Shown one piece after another: positions 48,138 to 57,619 of a stretch of DNA of 64,000 nucleotides (the stretch's first letter is position 1; each line of letters opens with the position of its first letter). The position numbers were made by a program, and so were the translations under genes. The notes beneath the pieces were generated by a model. The model was given only the letters and a program-made list of their open reading frames with translations. It did not search any database and was not told where the DNA came from. The stretch lies in the NCBI GenBank assembly GCA_903923925.1, contig CAIXZF010000112.1, positions 18,166 to 82,165 on the forward strand. The letters run 5' to 3'. This DNA is from an uncultured Bacteroidales bacterium. GTDB lineage: Bacteria; Bacteroidota; Bacteroidia; Bacteroidales; CAIXZF01.

Positions 48138-49550
48138 ATGGTTAAAATGAAGTTAATTCTGGTTCTTATAGCTGGCTTATTGTCTGCATTTATAATGCCA
48201 ATAATTTCCTATGCTCAGTTTCTGCCTATTGTACAGGAAAAGGATACCAGACAGAATTATGAGGCTCTTGCTACGATGTTTGACCAGCGAAAGTATCAGG
48301 AGGTTCTCCCTGCTTATAAACAATTACTTCTTGAAGATCCTGAAAATTCTAACCTTAATTTTATTGTGGCCGATTGCTTTATGAATATTGATGGACTGGA
48401 AAATGATGCCCTTCCTCTACTTGAAAAAGCTATAAAAAACACAATTCCTAATTATACCAATACTCCTTCTCAACGAAAAGCTCCTGTGTTTGCTTACGTT
48501 CGTATCGGCGATTACCTTTACAATGACTACAAATTCGATGAGGCCCTTATAAATTATAAAGTATTCAGAACTTACCTCGACCCTAAAAAAGATAAAGTCC
48601 AGTTAGATGATATTAATAGGAAAATCGATATCACTGCCAATGCGAAGAAACTCATGGAGAACACCGCGAAAGTTACTCTCTCTGAGTTACCTTATGTGAA
48701 TGCTGCTTCTTTTTCCGATTATGCCGCACAGGTTGCTGATAATGGATCTGTTATTTATTTCTCAAGAAGAAAAATGGGAGTTACCGGTCAGGGCGGTAGT
48801 GATATCTTTTATATGAAAAAAACGGATAATAAATGGGGCAGACCCATTAGAATGCCTTTTATAAATAGTGATGCTGATGATAATTTTTGTTCTGTTTCAA
48901 AAGATGGTAATACAATGTTCTTTTCATCGAACAGAGATGGGAATTTTCATATTTTTTCTTCAACGAGAAAAGGTAAGTCACTTTGGTCTGAACCTGTTCC
49001 TCTTAATCCTAACATTAATACACCTAAAAGCGAAGAATCTTTCGCCTGTATTAGTAGCGATGGCAAAACGCTATATTTTGTCAGTGATAGAAAAGGAGGA
49101 CGTGGAGGCAAAGATATTTATAGGTCCACCAGACCTTTTGGTGGTGATTGGGGTGTTTCCGAAAATTTAGGTAATACAATTAATACTCCTGGGAATGAAG
49201 AATCCCCGTTTATCAGCGATGATAGCAAAACTCTTTATTTTAGCTCAAATGGCCTTGCCGGAATGGGAGGGTATGATATATTTTATACCAATGTAAATGG
49301 AATTTCTTTCTCCTCCCCGGTCAACGCTGGATTTCCAATTAATACACTTTCAGATGATTTATTTTATATAAAATCAAATTCTAATCCCAAAGATTATTTT
49401 GTTTCCAGAAGCAAATCTGGAAAAAATGAGTTCTCAGTTACTTTAGTTAGCGAGTCAACGTCCACTACAAGCGTCGCGGAGGTGAAAGCAAAAGAACAAA
49501 CCAAGGAAAAACAAAAACTTAAATTAGTTCCAAAAACACTTAAATATTAA
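48138..49550 (+). CDS. TPR + PD40 (TolB-like beta-propeller repeat) envelope protein, PorE-like N-module only
   Basis: 470 aa with a signal peptide and TPR-like helices. PD40 repeats are present (GGKDIYRSTRPFGGDWGVSENLGNTINTPGNEESPFISDDSKTLYFSSNGLAGMGGYDIFY). There is no recognisable peptidoglycan-binding domain. Confidence 0.65.
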   Translation: MVKMKLILVLIAGLLSAFIMPIISYAQFLPIVQEKDTRQNYEALATMFDQRKYQEVLPAYKQLLLEDPENSNLNFIVADCFMNIDGLENDALPLLEKAIKNTIPNYTNTPSQRKAPVFAYVRIGDYLYNDYKFDEALINYKVFRTYLDPKKDKVQLDDINRKIDITANAKKLMENTAKVTLSELPYVNAASFSDYAAQVADNGSVIYFSRRKMGVTGQGGSDIFYMKKTDNKWGRPIRMPFINSDADDNFCSVSKDGNTMFFSSNRDGNFHIFSSTRKGKSLWSEPVPLNPNINTPKSEESFACISSDGKTLYFVSDRKGGRGGKDIYRSTRPFGGDWGVSENLGNTINTPGNEESPFISDDSKTLYFSSNGLAGMGGYDIFYTNVNGISFSSPVNAGFPINTLSDDLFYIKSNSNPKDYFVSRSKSGKNEFSVTLVSESTSTTSVAEVKAKEQTKEKQKLKLVPKTLKY

Positions 49551-49653
49551 AGTTATAATTACTTTATTTAGCTAAACATTTGAGGTTGTAGCAGAGTTTG
49601 TATCATATTTACTATAAGTTCTGTATAAATTTCGATTAGATAACTATTTTTTC

Positions 49654-49661
49654 TAAATTTG
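49654..49661 (+). promoter_or_regulatory. Candidate -7 promoter box (TAnnTTTG) for the hybrid sensor kinase
   Basis: TAAATTTG lies 35 nt upstream of ATG 49696. This is a motif match only. Confidence 0.3.
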
Positions 49662-49695
49662 AATTATCCTTTGGGATAAATTAATTCCTGCATGT

Positions 49696-52569
49696 ATGAA
49701 TAAAAACCTTTACCTGTTGTTGCTCTTTTGCCTTTTAACAATTTATTGCCAAAGTCAGAATTCAGCTTTCATGGGAAAGCTTGAACAGAATATCGATCAA
49801 CTATCCGGAGAAAAAAAGATTGAAGCTTTAAATGACCTTGCAAAATTGTATAGCTCATCAAACATTTCCAAATCTCTCGATTTTGCCCTTCAGGCACTGG
49901 AAACCAGTCGGGCTAGCAAAAATGGCAAACAGGAAGCCCTTTCATTGCTAAATATTGGCAACTCCTATTTTAGCTATAAAGATTATAATGCCGCACAAAA
50001 GTATTTTGACTCTAGTATGTATATTTCTCAGAAGATTAAAGATCAGGCTGGAATAGCTGCTGCTCTCACAAATCAGGGAGCTACAATGGAAGCTTTGGGG
50101 AAATATCAGAAAGCATTGGAATTATATTTATCGACACTAAAAACAAATACTGAACTTAAAGACTCAATTGGTATTGGTAAAGCAAATAATAATATTGGAA
50201 ATATCTATTACTACTTGTTGCAATATAATAATTCTCTCGAACAATATACAAAAGCATTAGATGTATTTAAAAAAATAAAAAATGCTGAGTTAATGAGTGC
50301 CATGGTTAATAATATAGGCATGATTTACAGTGTAATGGGTAAACCTGATGAGGCTTTAAAAGCATTCAATGAATTCCTTGCATGGTGCGAAAAAACGAAT
50401 GATAAGCAAGGCAAAACTATGGCCCTTAATAACATCGGAAGCATGTATTATGAGTCCCAGTTATATAATCAGGCTCTTAAATATTTTCTTGAATCCTATA
50501 AAATTTCACAAGAGCTGGGTTCAATAGATGCTAACACTCTTTTTTATATTGGAAGTGTTTATAAAATGCAGAATAAATATAAAGAAGCACTGGATTATCT
50601 CGACAAAGCAGCAACTTTTGCGACTAAAAATAAACAACTGGATCAATTGAGATCTTGCTATCAATCAATGTACCAGATTTATGCAGACCTAAATCAATTC
50701 AATAAAGCTTATGACTATGTTTTATTATTTCAAACAGCTAATGATACCTTGAATAAGGAAATATATTCCAAACAAATGGTAGAATTACAAACGAAATTCG
50801 AAACAGAAAAGAAAGAGAAAGAAATTGAAAATCTTAAATATAAATCCAGGATCCAAAGTCTTGAGCTTAAACGGCAAAAATATATTTCGAACCTTTTTAT
50901 TATTGGTTTTATTCTGGTTTCTGCATTTGTTGTACTGGTGTTTCTATTTTTAAGATTGAAAATAAAAAGCAACAAACTCCTGCAAATACAACGGGATATA
51001 GCAGAAAAAGCAAATAGAGCGAAAAGTGTGTTCCTTTCAAACATGTCGCACGAAATCAGAACTCCTATGAATGGTATAATTGGAATGGCAGAAATTCTCA
51101 GACAAACACAACTGTCACCTCAACAAAATCAATATGCTGATGTAATTATAAAATCCTCAAATCAGTTATTAACTATCATTAACAACGTTCTCGATTTCTC
51201 TTTAATTGAATCCGGTAAAATACAACTGGAAAGCCGGCCTTTCGCTATTAGCACTGTGTTTAATGAAATAGTTGAAGTATTCTCTCCCAAAGCATCTGAC
51301 AATAGATGTGAATTGGTAACTTATTTTGATTCAATGATTCCTGGCTTAGTTAATGGGGATGCTATCAGACTTAGGCAGGTATTATCAAATTTATTGGAGA
51401 ATGCAATAAAATTCACTCAAAACGGGGAAGTGTTCTTTTCATTGGAGTTAGTTGAAAAAGCTGATGATTTTGTAAAAATTAACTTCAAAGTGAGGGATAC
51501 GGGAATAGGTATTTCTGACGAGGATAAATTGAAATTATTTAATGCATTTTCACAGCTAGATCCTACTATTACCAGAAAATACACTGGTTCAGGCCTTGGC
51601 CTTGTTATTTCAAAAAGAATCATTGAAATGATGGGTGGTGAAATTACACTCCAGAGTACACTTAATAAGGGGTCAGAATTTTCTTTTACTTCAGTTTTTC
51701 TATTGGAATCAGGTAGGCAATTGAATGATTCTCAATATCTTAATTTACATGGAAAAAAAGTACTTATTATTGATGAAAATCAGAATACAAGGGTAATATT
51801 TAAAAAATATTTCGAATTCTGGAATTGTAAAATTCATGAATCAGATAACTCTGCATCTGCCATTTCTATTATTAGAGCGGCATCTGTTTCACCTTTTCCA
51901 TTTCAATTAATTCTTGTTGATCATCATCTCCAAAAAATTGATGGAATTCAGTTTGCAAAGGAAGTCCGTCGTGATACTGCGTTGAATGATATTAAATTAA
52001 TTCTGATTACATCCAGACTTGATACTGTTTCCTCAGCTGACATTTTTAGCTTTGGTTTTAATGGCTTCCTTGCTAAACCCGTTAAAGCACTTGATCTTGC
52101 AGACCAGATATCCCGATTGTTTCCTGAAAGTATATACAATGGCTCATTAGGATGGGACCAGGCACTTAAACCTGCTTCTCAGGTAAGTGGCCAGATTAAT
52201 ATTCTTTTAGTTGAAGATAATGAAGTAAATCAGCAGGTTATTGCAATATCCTTAAAGAAATTTAATCATAAAATAGCTATTGCTGAAAATGGAATTGCGG
52301 CAATTGAAATGGTCAAAAAATCTGATTTTGATCTTATTTTGATGGATATTCAAATGCCTGGTATGGATGGTATTGAAGCTGCTCACCAAATCAGGAATTG
52401 GGAACATGAAACCTTACGCAGCAAAAGAGTTAAAATTATTGCTTTAACTGCAGATGCTACTCAGGAGAACAGAGACAATTGTCTTCAAGCCGGAATGGAT
52501 GGGCATATGGTAAAACCTTTTTCTGTTGATGAGTTACAAAAGTTAATAAAACTCACACCACAGAAATAA
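49696..52569 (+). CDS. Hybrid sensor histidine kinase / response regulator with N-terminal TPR sensor region and two receiver domains
   Basis: 957 aa with a signal peptide, TPR-like repeats (aa ~30-390) and a TM ([21 protein letters not shown]). It has the H-box [16 protein letters not shown] and the ATPase boxes [15 protein letters not shown] and GSGLGL. REC1 shows IIDEN..LVDHH..LAKPV and REC2 shows [28 protein letters not shown]. Confidence 0.9.
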   Translation: MNKNLYLLLLFCLLTIYCQSQNSAFMGKLEQNIDQLSGEKKIEALNDLAKLYSSSNISKSLDFALQALETSRASKNGKQEALSLLNIGNSYFSYKDYNAAQKYFDSSMYISQKIKDQAGIAAALTNQGATMEALGKYQKALELYLSTLKTNTELKDSIGIGKANNNIGNIYYYLLQYNNSLEQYTKALDVFKKIKNAELMSAMVNNIGMIYSVMGKPDEALKAFNEFLAWCEKTNDKQGKTMALNNIGSMYYESQLYNQALKYFLESYKISQELGSIDANTLFYIGSVYKMQNKYKEALDYLDKAATFATKNKQLDQLRSCYQSMYQIYADLNQFNKAYDYVLLFQTANDTLNKEIYSKQMVELQTKFETEKKEKEIENLKYKSRIQSLELKRQKYISNLFIIGFILVSAFVVLVFLFLRLKIKSNKLLQIQRDIAEKANRAKSVFLSNMSHEIRTPMNGIIGMAEILRQTQLSPQQNQYADVIIKSSNQLLTIINNVLDFSLIESGKIQLESRPFAISTVFNEIVEVFSPKASDNRCELVTYFDSMIPGLVNGDAIRLRQVLSNLLENAIKFTQNGEVFFSLELVEKADDFVKINFKVRDTGIGISDEDKLKLFNAFSQLDPTITRKYTGSGLGLVISKRIIEMMGGEITLQSTLNKGSEFSFTSVFLLESGRQLNDSQYLNLHGKKVLIIDENQNTRVIFKKYFEFWNCKIHESDNSASAISIIRAASVSPFPFQLILVDHHLQKIDGIQFAKEVRRDTALNDIKLILITSRLDTVSSADIFSFGFNGFLAKPVKALDLADQISRLFPESIYNGSLGWDQALKPASQVSGQINILLVEDNEVNQQVIAISLKKFNHKIAIAENGIAAIEMVKKSDFDLILMDIQMPGMDGIEAAHQIRNWEHETLRSKRVKIIALTADATQENRDNCLQAGMDGHMVKPFSVDELQKLIKLTPQK

Positions 52570-52794
52570 AATAACATTTTCTAGTTGCTATAATGCAGTA
52601 AATAGTTAATAATTGGTGGTCTCTTGTTAATAAAAGAATTGTACTAAGCCCGTCTTTTCTGTTTATTTTTCATTTAGTATGTGCTTGCAATGGTATTTTG
52701 ATATGTTCTTGTAAATCAGGAGTATAGAAAAGTACTGTCGTTATATTTTATTGAAAATATTTTGAATAATAGTATACGCTCCAATTAGGAAGAA

Positions 52795-55700
52795 ATGAGG
52801 AAATGTTTTTTGTTAATAATTTTGTTCATTACTTTGGGCTTTCCTCAGCCCTCCTCTTATGCAATAAACCCTGGTAAAACTAACCAAAAACCATTTATAA
52901 GGGATTTTAGAACTGACTTTGAACAGGCGCGCGACCTGATGAATAATAACCAGTTTTCTGATGCTCTTACGATACTTCTTCGTTTGCTTAAAGATGATCA
53001 GGACAATTGTAACTTAAACTTTCTTATTGGATTTTGTTATGTTCAAACAAATCAGAAAACAGCTGCATTTCCTTACCTCGAAAAATCAGTTTTAAATTCA
53101 ATTTCTGACTATAATGATAATAGCTATAAAGAAAGAAGTGCTCCCGTATTTTCTTTTTTTTATTTGGGCCAGGTTCTTCAATGGTCAAATAAGTTTGAAG
53201 AGGCTTTAATTAATTATGAAAAATTCAAAGATTTTCTGATAACAAAAACCGGAAAATTGATTAATCAGAAGAATTTTGATGTGCTTAATGAAGCCAATAA
53301 AAGGATAGAACAGATTAGTGTTGCAAAAAAACTTCTTTCTAATCCATTAAAGGTTCAATTTGTTAAAGTTCCTTATGTTAATGCCGGGACTTATTCTTCC
53401 TATTCTGCACAATTAAATTCTGAATGCAACTTGTTGTTCCTCACCAGAGAAAAACTCTCCGAAAGAGCAAAAGGAAAGTCTGACATTTATGAGATGAAAA
53501 GAAACTCAAACACCTGGACGCGGGCAGAATTGCTTCCCGGTAGCATTAACAGCCTTTACAACGACAAATTCTCATGTTTATCAGTTGATGGTAAATTCTT
53601 GCTTTTTTCATCGGATAGAAAAGGTAGCTATAATATATTTTATGCTCTCCAGGACGGAAATAAATGGACAGACCCATATGATAATTTAAGTATTAATACT
53701 GCTTACAATGAAACATATGCATCGATTTCACGCGATGGATCAAAATTGTTTTTTGTTAGCGACAGACCAGGTGGGTTTGGGGGTAAAGATATCTACAAAA
53801 TAGAAAAAAGATTGGATGGAAGTTGGACTGAAGCAGAAAATTTAGGATTCCTGATAAATACACCTTTAAATGAGGATACTCCGTGGATTTCTGATGATGG
53901 AAATACATTGTATTTTAGTTCACAAGGGCATGCAACAATGGGGGGATACGATATTTTCTCCAGTAGTTTTAAAAACAATATGTGGATTGATCCCGAAAAT
54001 ATTGGGATTCCTATAAATAGCCCGGCTGATGAATTGTACTTTAAAAAAAATGAAAAGAACAATCTCGCATTATTCTCCTCGAATAAAAAAAATGATGGAG
54101 ATAATTTTGAAGTCCTTTGTGTTAAATATTTTGATGCTAATGGGTTTAAGGAATCTATATTTAGTGGAACAAAAGAGGTTGATACCACAGAAAGAGAAGC
54201 AGAACTTATTCAAATAAAAAAACAGCAGGAGCTTTCAATCCAGCAGATTCAAGAAGTTAAGGAACAACAAAAAGCCCAGGAACAGCAAGCAAAAAATCAA
54301 GAAAACACACTGTTAATTAAGTCAGATACTGCTGCTCGAAATATAAATAGCAACAAAACGCTGAAGCCGAATGAGACATCTTTCGAAGTTGAAAAAATTG
54401 ATGTTGGAAAAGATTCTATTCCTAAGGAGACTAATATTCATCAGTCTGTTAACCTAACTGATACGGTTATTACCAATAAAAAAAGTGATACGGAAAACAA
54501 AAAGACCGAGATAGAAATTGCTAAGGCACTACAAGACAGTATTTTTAATGCTCAACTTGCCATCAACAAAAAAGCTGCCAAGGTAATATTCTTAAAGGAT
54601 AGTCTTGAAAATTTGAAATTAATTTCATTAAAAAAAGCTGCCAAGGAAAGATTCTTAAAGGATAGTCTTGAAAATTTTAAATTATCTTCATTAAAAAGAG
54701 CTGCCGAGGAAAAATTTAAAAAAGATAGTATTGAAAATTTGAAACTAATCTCATTAAAAAGAGAGGCAGAGGAAAAGTTTAAAAAAGATAGTATTGAGAG
54801 TTTGAAAGTAAGCGCATTAAAAAAAGCAGCAGAAGAAAGGTATAGGCAGGATAGTATTTCAAAGTCAGCTAGTTTAATACTTAAAAAGGCTAAAGACGAA
54901 AAATATAAACAAGATAGCATTAAACTTGCAAAAGAGTCACTTGCTCAAATTGAAGTTCAAAAAGCTCAGGAAGAAAAAGCTATTAAGGAGAAACATCTCA
55001 GTGATAGCATCAGAATAGCTTTGCAAAAACAGGAGGAAATAAAGAAAAAAGAAGAAACTGCAAGAATCATTTCTGAGAAAAAAGAAATAGCTGAAAGACA
55101 AAAACGCGAAAAACATCTCCGTGATAGTGTTACTCAAGCAAAAAAAACTACTAATATTAGTATAGAAAGTAAAAACATTGCATATCAGAAAGCCAGAGAA
55201 AAGGCAATACGAGATAGCATTTCAGACATTCAAAAAATTAATGCTTTAAAAGATATTCAGGAAAAAAATCTGATTAACAAGGAGCGTATTGCAATAGAGA
55301 GGCAAAAAAAGCTGAGAAAAGCAATTGAGCAGGCTCGTACAGATTCTGTTGCCCGTGTTTCAAGGAATAATATTTCTCAAATGAATAAAGGGTCTAAGTC
55401 TGCAATAAAACCTGAGTTCCAATTAAACGGATATTTGCCATCATGTGATACAAGTGAAAATACAAGGACAGACAGGTTTACTGTTCAGGTTGGTGCGGGG
55501 TTTATGAAAGTGCGCTATTTTAATAAGCTTGATGATAAAAAGATTTGCTATGGAAAAGATGGTCTAGCCAGAATTATTGTTGGGTCATATTCATCAAAAG
55601 CATCAGCAGAAGCAATTGTAAATGAAATTCGAAATAATGGATTTTCAGATGCTTGGGTGCCCGAAATTGATTCAAAACGTTGTGCATGTGATGACAATGA

Positions 55701-55983
55701 CCTTGTTAAAGATATTCTTGGAAATGGAAGTCGGTTACCTTCCGGAATGCCCTCTTATACTATTCAGGTGGGCGCAGGAAATATGAAAATTAAATACTTC
55801 GCTAATCTGAGGCAAGTTAGGATTTGTAATGGCCCGGATGGTATTCTAAGATTTATTTTTGGAGAATTTACAACTATGGAAGATGCTGAAAAAGTACGGG
55901 CCAAACTTGTTGAAATTGGCTATAAAGATGCATGGATTCCTGAAATTGATGCAAATAGATGTAGTACAATTCTTAAAAAATAA
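52795..55983 (+). CDS. TPR + PD40 repeat protein with long repetitive coiled-coil region and two C-terminal SPOR-like domains
   Basis: 1062 aa with a signal peptide. The N-module is collinear with ORF 48138..49550. PD40 repeats are present (GGKDIYKIEKRLDGSWTEAENLGFLINTPLNEDTPWISDDGNTLYFSSQGHATMGGYDIF). A K/E-rich region of 21-aa repeats is followed by two SPOR-like domains (FTVQVGAGFMKV...GFSDAWVPEI and YTIQVGAGNMKI...GYKDAWIPEI). Confidence 0.65.
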   Translation: MRKCFLLIILFITLGFPQPSSYAINPGKTNQKPFIRDFRTDFEQARDLMNNNQFSDALTILLRLLKDDQDNCNLNFLIGFCYVQTNQKTAAFPYLEKSVLNSISDYNDNSYKERSAPVFSFFYLGQVLQWSNKFEEALINYEKFKDFLITKTGKLINQKNFDVLNEANKRIEQISVAKKLLSNPLKVQFVKVPYVNAGTYSSYSAQLNSECNLLFLTREKLSERAKGKSDIYEMKRNSNTWTRAELLPGSINSLYNDKFSCLSVDGKFLLFSSDRKGSYNIFYALQDGNKWTDPYDNLSINTAYNETYASISRDGSKLFFVSDRPGGFGGKDIYKIEKRLDGSWTEAENLGFLINTPLNEDTPWISDDGNTLYFSSQGHATMGGYDIFSSSFKNNMWIDPENIGIPINSPADELYFKKNEKNNLALFSSNKKNDGDNFEVLCVKYFDANGFKESIFSGTKEVDTTEREAELIQIKKQQELSIQQIQEVKEQQKAQEQQAKNQENTLLIKSDTAARNINSNKTLKPNETSFEVEKIDVGKDSIPKETNIHQSVNLTDTVITNKKSDTENKKTEIEIAKALQDSIFNAQLAINKKAAKVIFLKDSLENLKLISLKKAAKERFLKDSLENFKLSSLKRAAEEKFKKDSIENLKLISLKREAEEKFKKDSIESLKVSALKKAAEERYRQDSISKSASLILKKAKDEKYKQDSIKLAKESLAQIEVQKAQEEKAIKEKHLSDSIRIALQKQEEIKKKEETARIISEKKEIAERQKREKHLRDSVTQAKKTTNISIESKNIAYQKAREKAIRDSISDIQKINALKDIQEKNLINKERIAIERQKKLRKAIEQARTDSVARVSRNNISQMNKGSKSAIKPEFQLNGYLPSCDTSENTRTDRFTVQVGAGFMKVRYFNKLDDKKICYGKDGLARIIVGSYSSKASAEAIVNEIRNNGFSDAWVPEIDSKRCACDDNDLVKDILGNGSRLPSGMPSYTIQVGAGNMKIKYFANLRQVRICNGPDGILRFIFGEFTTMEDAEKVRAKLVEIGYKDAWIPEIDANRCSTILKK
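54571..54948 (+). repeat. In-frame tandem repeat, 6 x 63 bp (21 aa) inside the SPOR-domain protein gene
   Basis: The units start at 54571, 54634, 54697, 54760, 54823 and 54886. They encode (K)AAKVIFLKDSLENLKLISLK / AAKERFLKDSLENFKLSSLK / AAEEKFKKDSIENLKLISLK / EAEEKFKKDSIESLKVSALK / AAEERYRQDSISKSASLILK / AKDEKYKQDSIKLAKESLAQ. Similarity decays toward the 3-prime end. Confidence 0.85.
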
Positions 55984-55994
55984 GAATCGTACTA

Positions 55995-57545
55995 TTATTG
56001 ATGTTCATCCCTTAATAAATCATTTATTGTTTTTACAGGATTAAAGGTAATAAGAGGAACTTCTATAAAAATACTGATCCATTCTGCCATTGCTCCATTC
56101 CATAGACCGGGAAGCTCCTGTGCTTTTAAATTTCTTCCATCTTTTGACTTTATTGATATAAATCCAGTGCTTTGATCTATATAATTGCGTAAATCAAAAG
56201 ATTCTCCCTTGTAATTCGAAATTCCACAAACAAGATCAACAGGATTAAAATGAGTAGAGGTTGAAAAGATATTTTTCTGTGATGAATCGTTTAAATTAAC
56301 CTGGCTCGATTCAACAATTTGCAAGCTGATAGAATCAGATAAATTTCTTAACCAGAACGGGCCACCTCCAGGCTCACCCTGATTCTTAACCATCCCACAA
56401 ATTCGAATCGGACGATTGAGTTTTAGTTTCAAACAATCTTGTTTTTGTTCCAGGGAATATTTAGCATATTCCTCTGGGAATTGAATAAATAATTCTGATT
56501 TGGCAAATCTGCTAACCTCTTCAATTAGTTCTATATCACATCGAACATCAAGTTGCCGAAGAAATGTATGGATCTTATGTTGCAATTTTATTAAAAGACC
56601 TCCAATCGCTTTTTTATACAAATAAGTAGTCCCCCTTATTTTATCCGGAACAATATTATCAATATTCTTAATAAAAACGATGTCATTATTTAAATCGTTC
56701 AAATTTTCAATTAGTGCCCCATGCCCGCCTGGTCGGAATACAAGCGTATTTTTTTCATCTCTGAATGGATTATTGTCTATGTCAACGGCAATTGTATCTG
56801 TTGATGGTTTTTGTATAGAATAGGTAATATCATAATTAACACCCAAGGTTTTACTATATCTGGGTTTTACCAATTGAATTAATTCGAGAAATGGTTCAAT
56901 ATGCTCTGGCGAAATCGTGAAATGTATTCTAACGATACCTTTTGAATCACAGGCATAGGCGGCTCCCTCTGCCATATGCTCTTCAAATGCTGTTCTTGAG
57001 TAATCAATATAATTATGGAATTTAAGTAAGCCTTTGGGTAGACTGCCGTAATTAAGACCTTTTGAAAGAAGGATATAGCTGACCAGAGTTGTAAAGTCAT
57101 CTTCTTCAATAACTGATGTTAAATTAAGACCATCCTTCTGCATTCTTTCAAAAAGGTCGTTGTAAAATGCAAATTTGTTTATATTCTGTATACAATAACC
57201 TGCTGAATTTTTGTCAGAATCATGAAGAAGAAGAACATTTTCCTCTTTAGTCCCTCTATATGTTTCCAGAAAGGTAAATAGATTTTTAAACATTCGGCTT
57301 GCAGCTCCTGAAGCCGGTACAAACTTGATTATAGAATAGTTCTTAGATTCTCTTTCAAAAAGAGCAGAAAGTTCTTCTACAGATTGCTGAGGAAGAACAA
57401 CTATCCCGTCATCAGGTGTCGCTGGCTTTTCAAGAATAACAAAAGGGAATCCTGTTTTAAATTTAGTAATCTGATTTTCAATTATTTCTGTTGTAACCCC
57501 TCTTTGATTGAATGAGTTTATGTCGATCTGGTTAAATGTGTTCAT
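55995..57545 (-). CDS. DUF4301 family protein
   Basis: I prefer ATG 57545 (MNTFNQIDINSF...). FKTGFPFVILEKPATPDDGI and KFVPASGAASRMFKNLFTFL match my memory of the DUF4301 N-terminus. Length is ~516 aa. Confidence 0.6.
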   Translation of the reverse strand: MNTFNQIDINSFNQRGVTTEIIENQITKFKTGFPFVILEKPATPDDGIVVLPQQSVEELSALFERESKNYSIIKFVPASGAASRMFKNLFTFLETYRGTKEENVLLLHDSDKNSAGYCIQNINKFAFYNDLFERMQKDGLNLTSVIEEDDFTTLVSYILLSKGLNYGSLPKGLLKFHNYIDYSRTAFEEHMAEGAAYACDSKGIVRIHFTISPEHIEPFLELIQLVKPRYSKTLGVNYDITYSIQKPSTDTIAVDIDNNPFRDEKNTLVFRPGGHGALIENLNDLNNDIVFIKNIDNIVPDKIRGTTYLYKKAIGGLLIKLQHKIHTFLRQLDVRCDIELIEEVSRFAKSELFIQFPEEYAKYSLEQKQDCLKLKLNRPIRICGMVKNQGEPGGGPFWLRNLSDSISLQIVESSQVNLNDSSQKNIFSTSTHFNPVDLVCGISNYKGESFDLRNYIDQSTGFISIKSKDGRNLKAQELPGLWNGAMAEWISIFIEVPLITFNPVKTINDLLRDEHQ

Positions 57546-57564
57546 CGTTCTAATTATTGTAAAA

Positions 57565-57572
57565 CAAAAATA
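57565..57572 (-). promoter_or_regulatory. Candidate -7 promoter box (TAnnTTTG) for the DUF4301 gene
   Basis: The minus strand reads TATTTTTG. It sits between the receptor terminator and ATG 57545. Confidence 0.3.
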
Positions 57573-57585
57573 CAGAAGTTCTAAC

Positions 57586-57614
57586 AAAAAAAAGACGGGG
57601 TTTTAACCCCGTCT
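57586..57614 (-). terminator. Rho-independent terminator after the TonB-dependent receptor gene
   Basis: The minus strand reads AGACGGGG TTAAAA CCCCGTCT followed by TTTTTTT. It begins 5 nt after the stop codon. Confidence 0.8.
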
Positions 57615-57619
57615 GACAT

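Noticed and set aside
54552-54920. 122-aa minus-strand ORF with a striking internal repeat
   Set aside because: It is the mirror image of the 63-bp coding repeat in the plus-strand SPOR-protein gene. The repeat periodicity keeps the antisense frame open.
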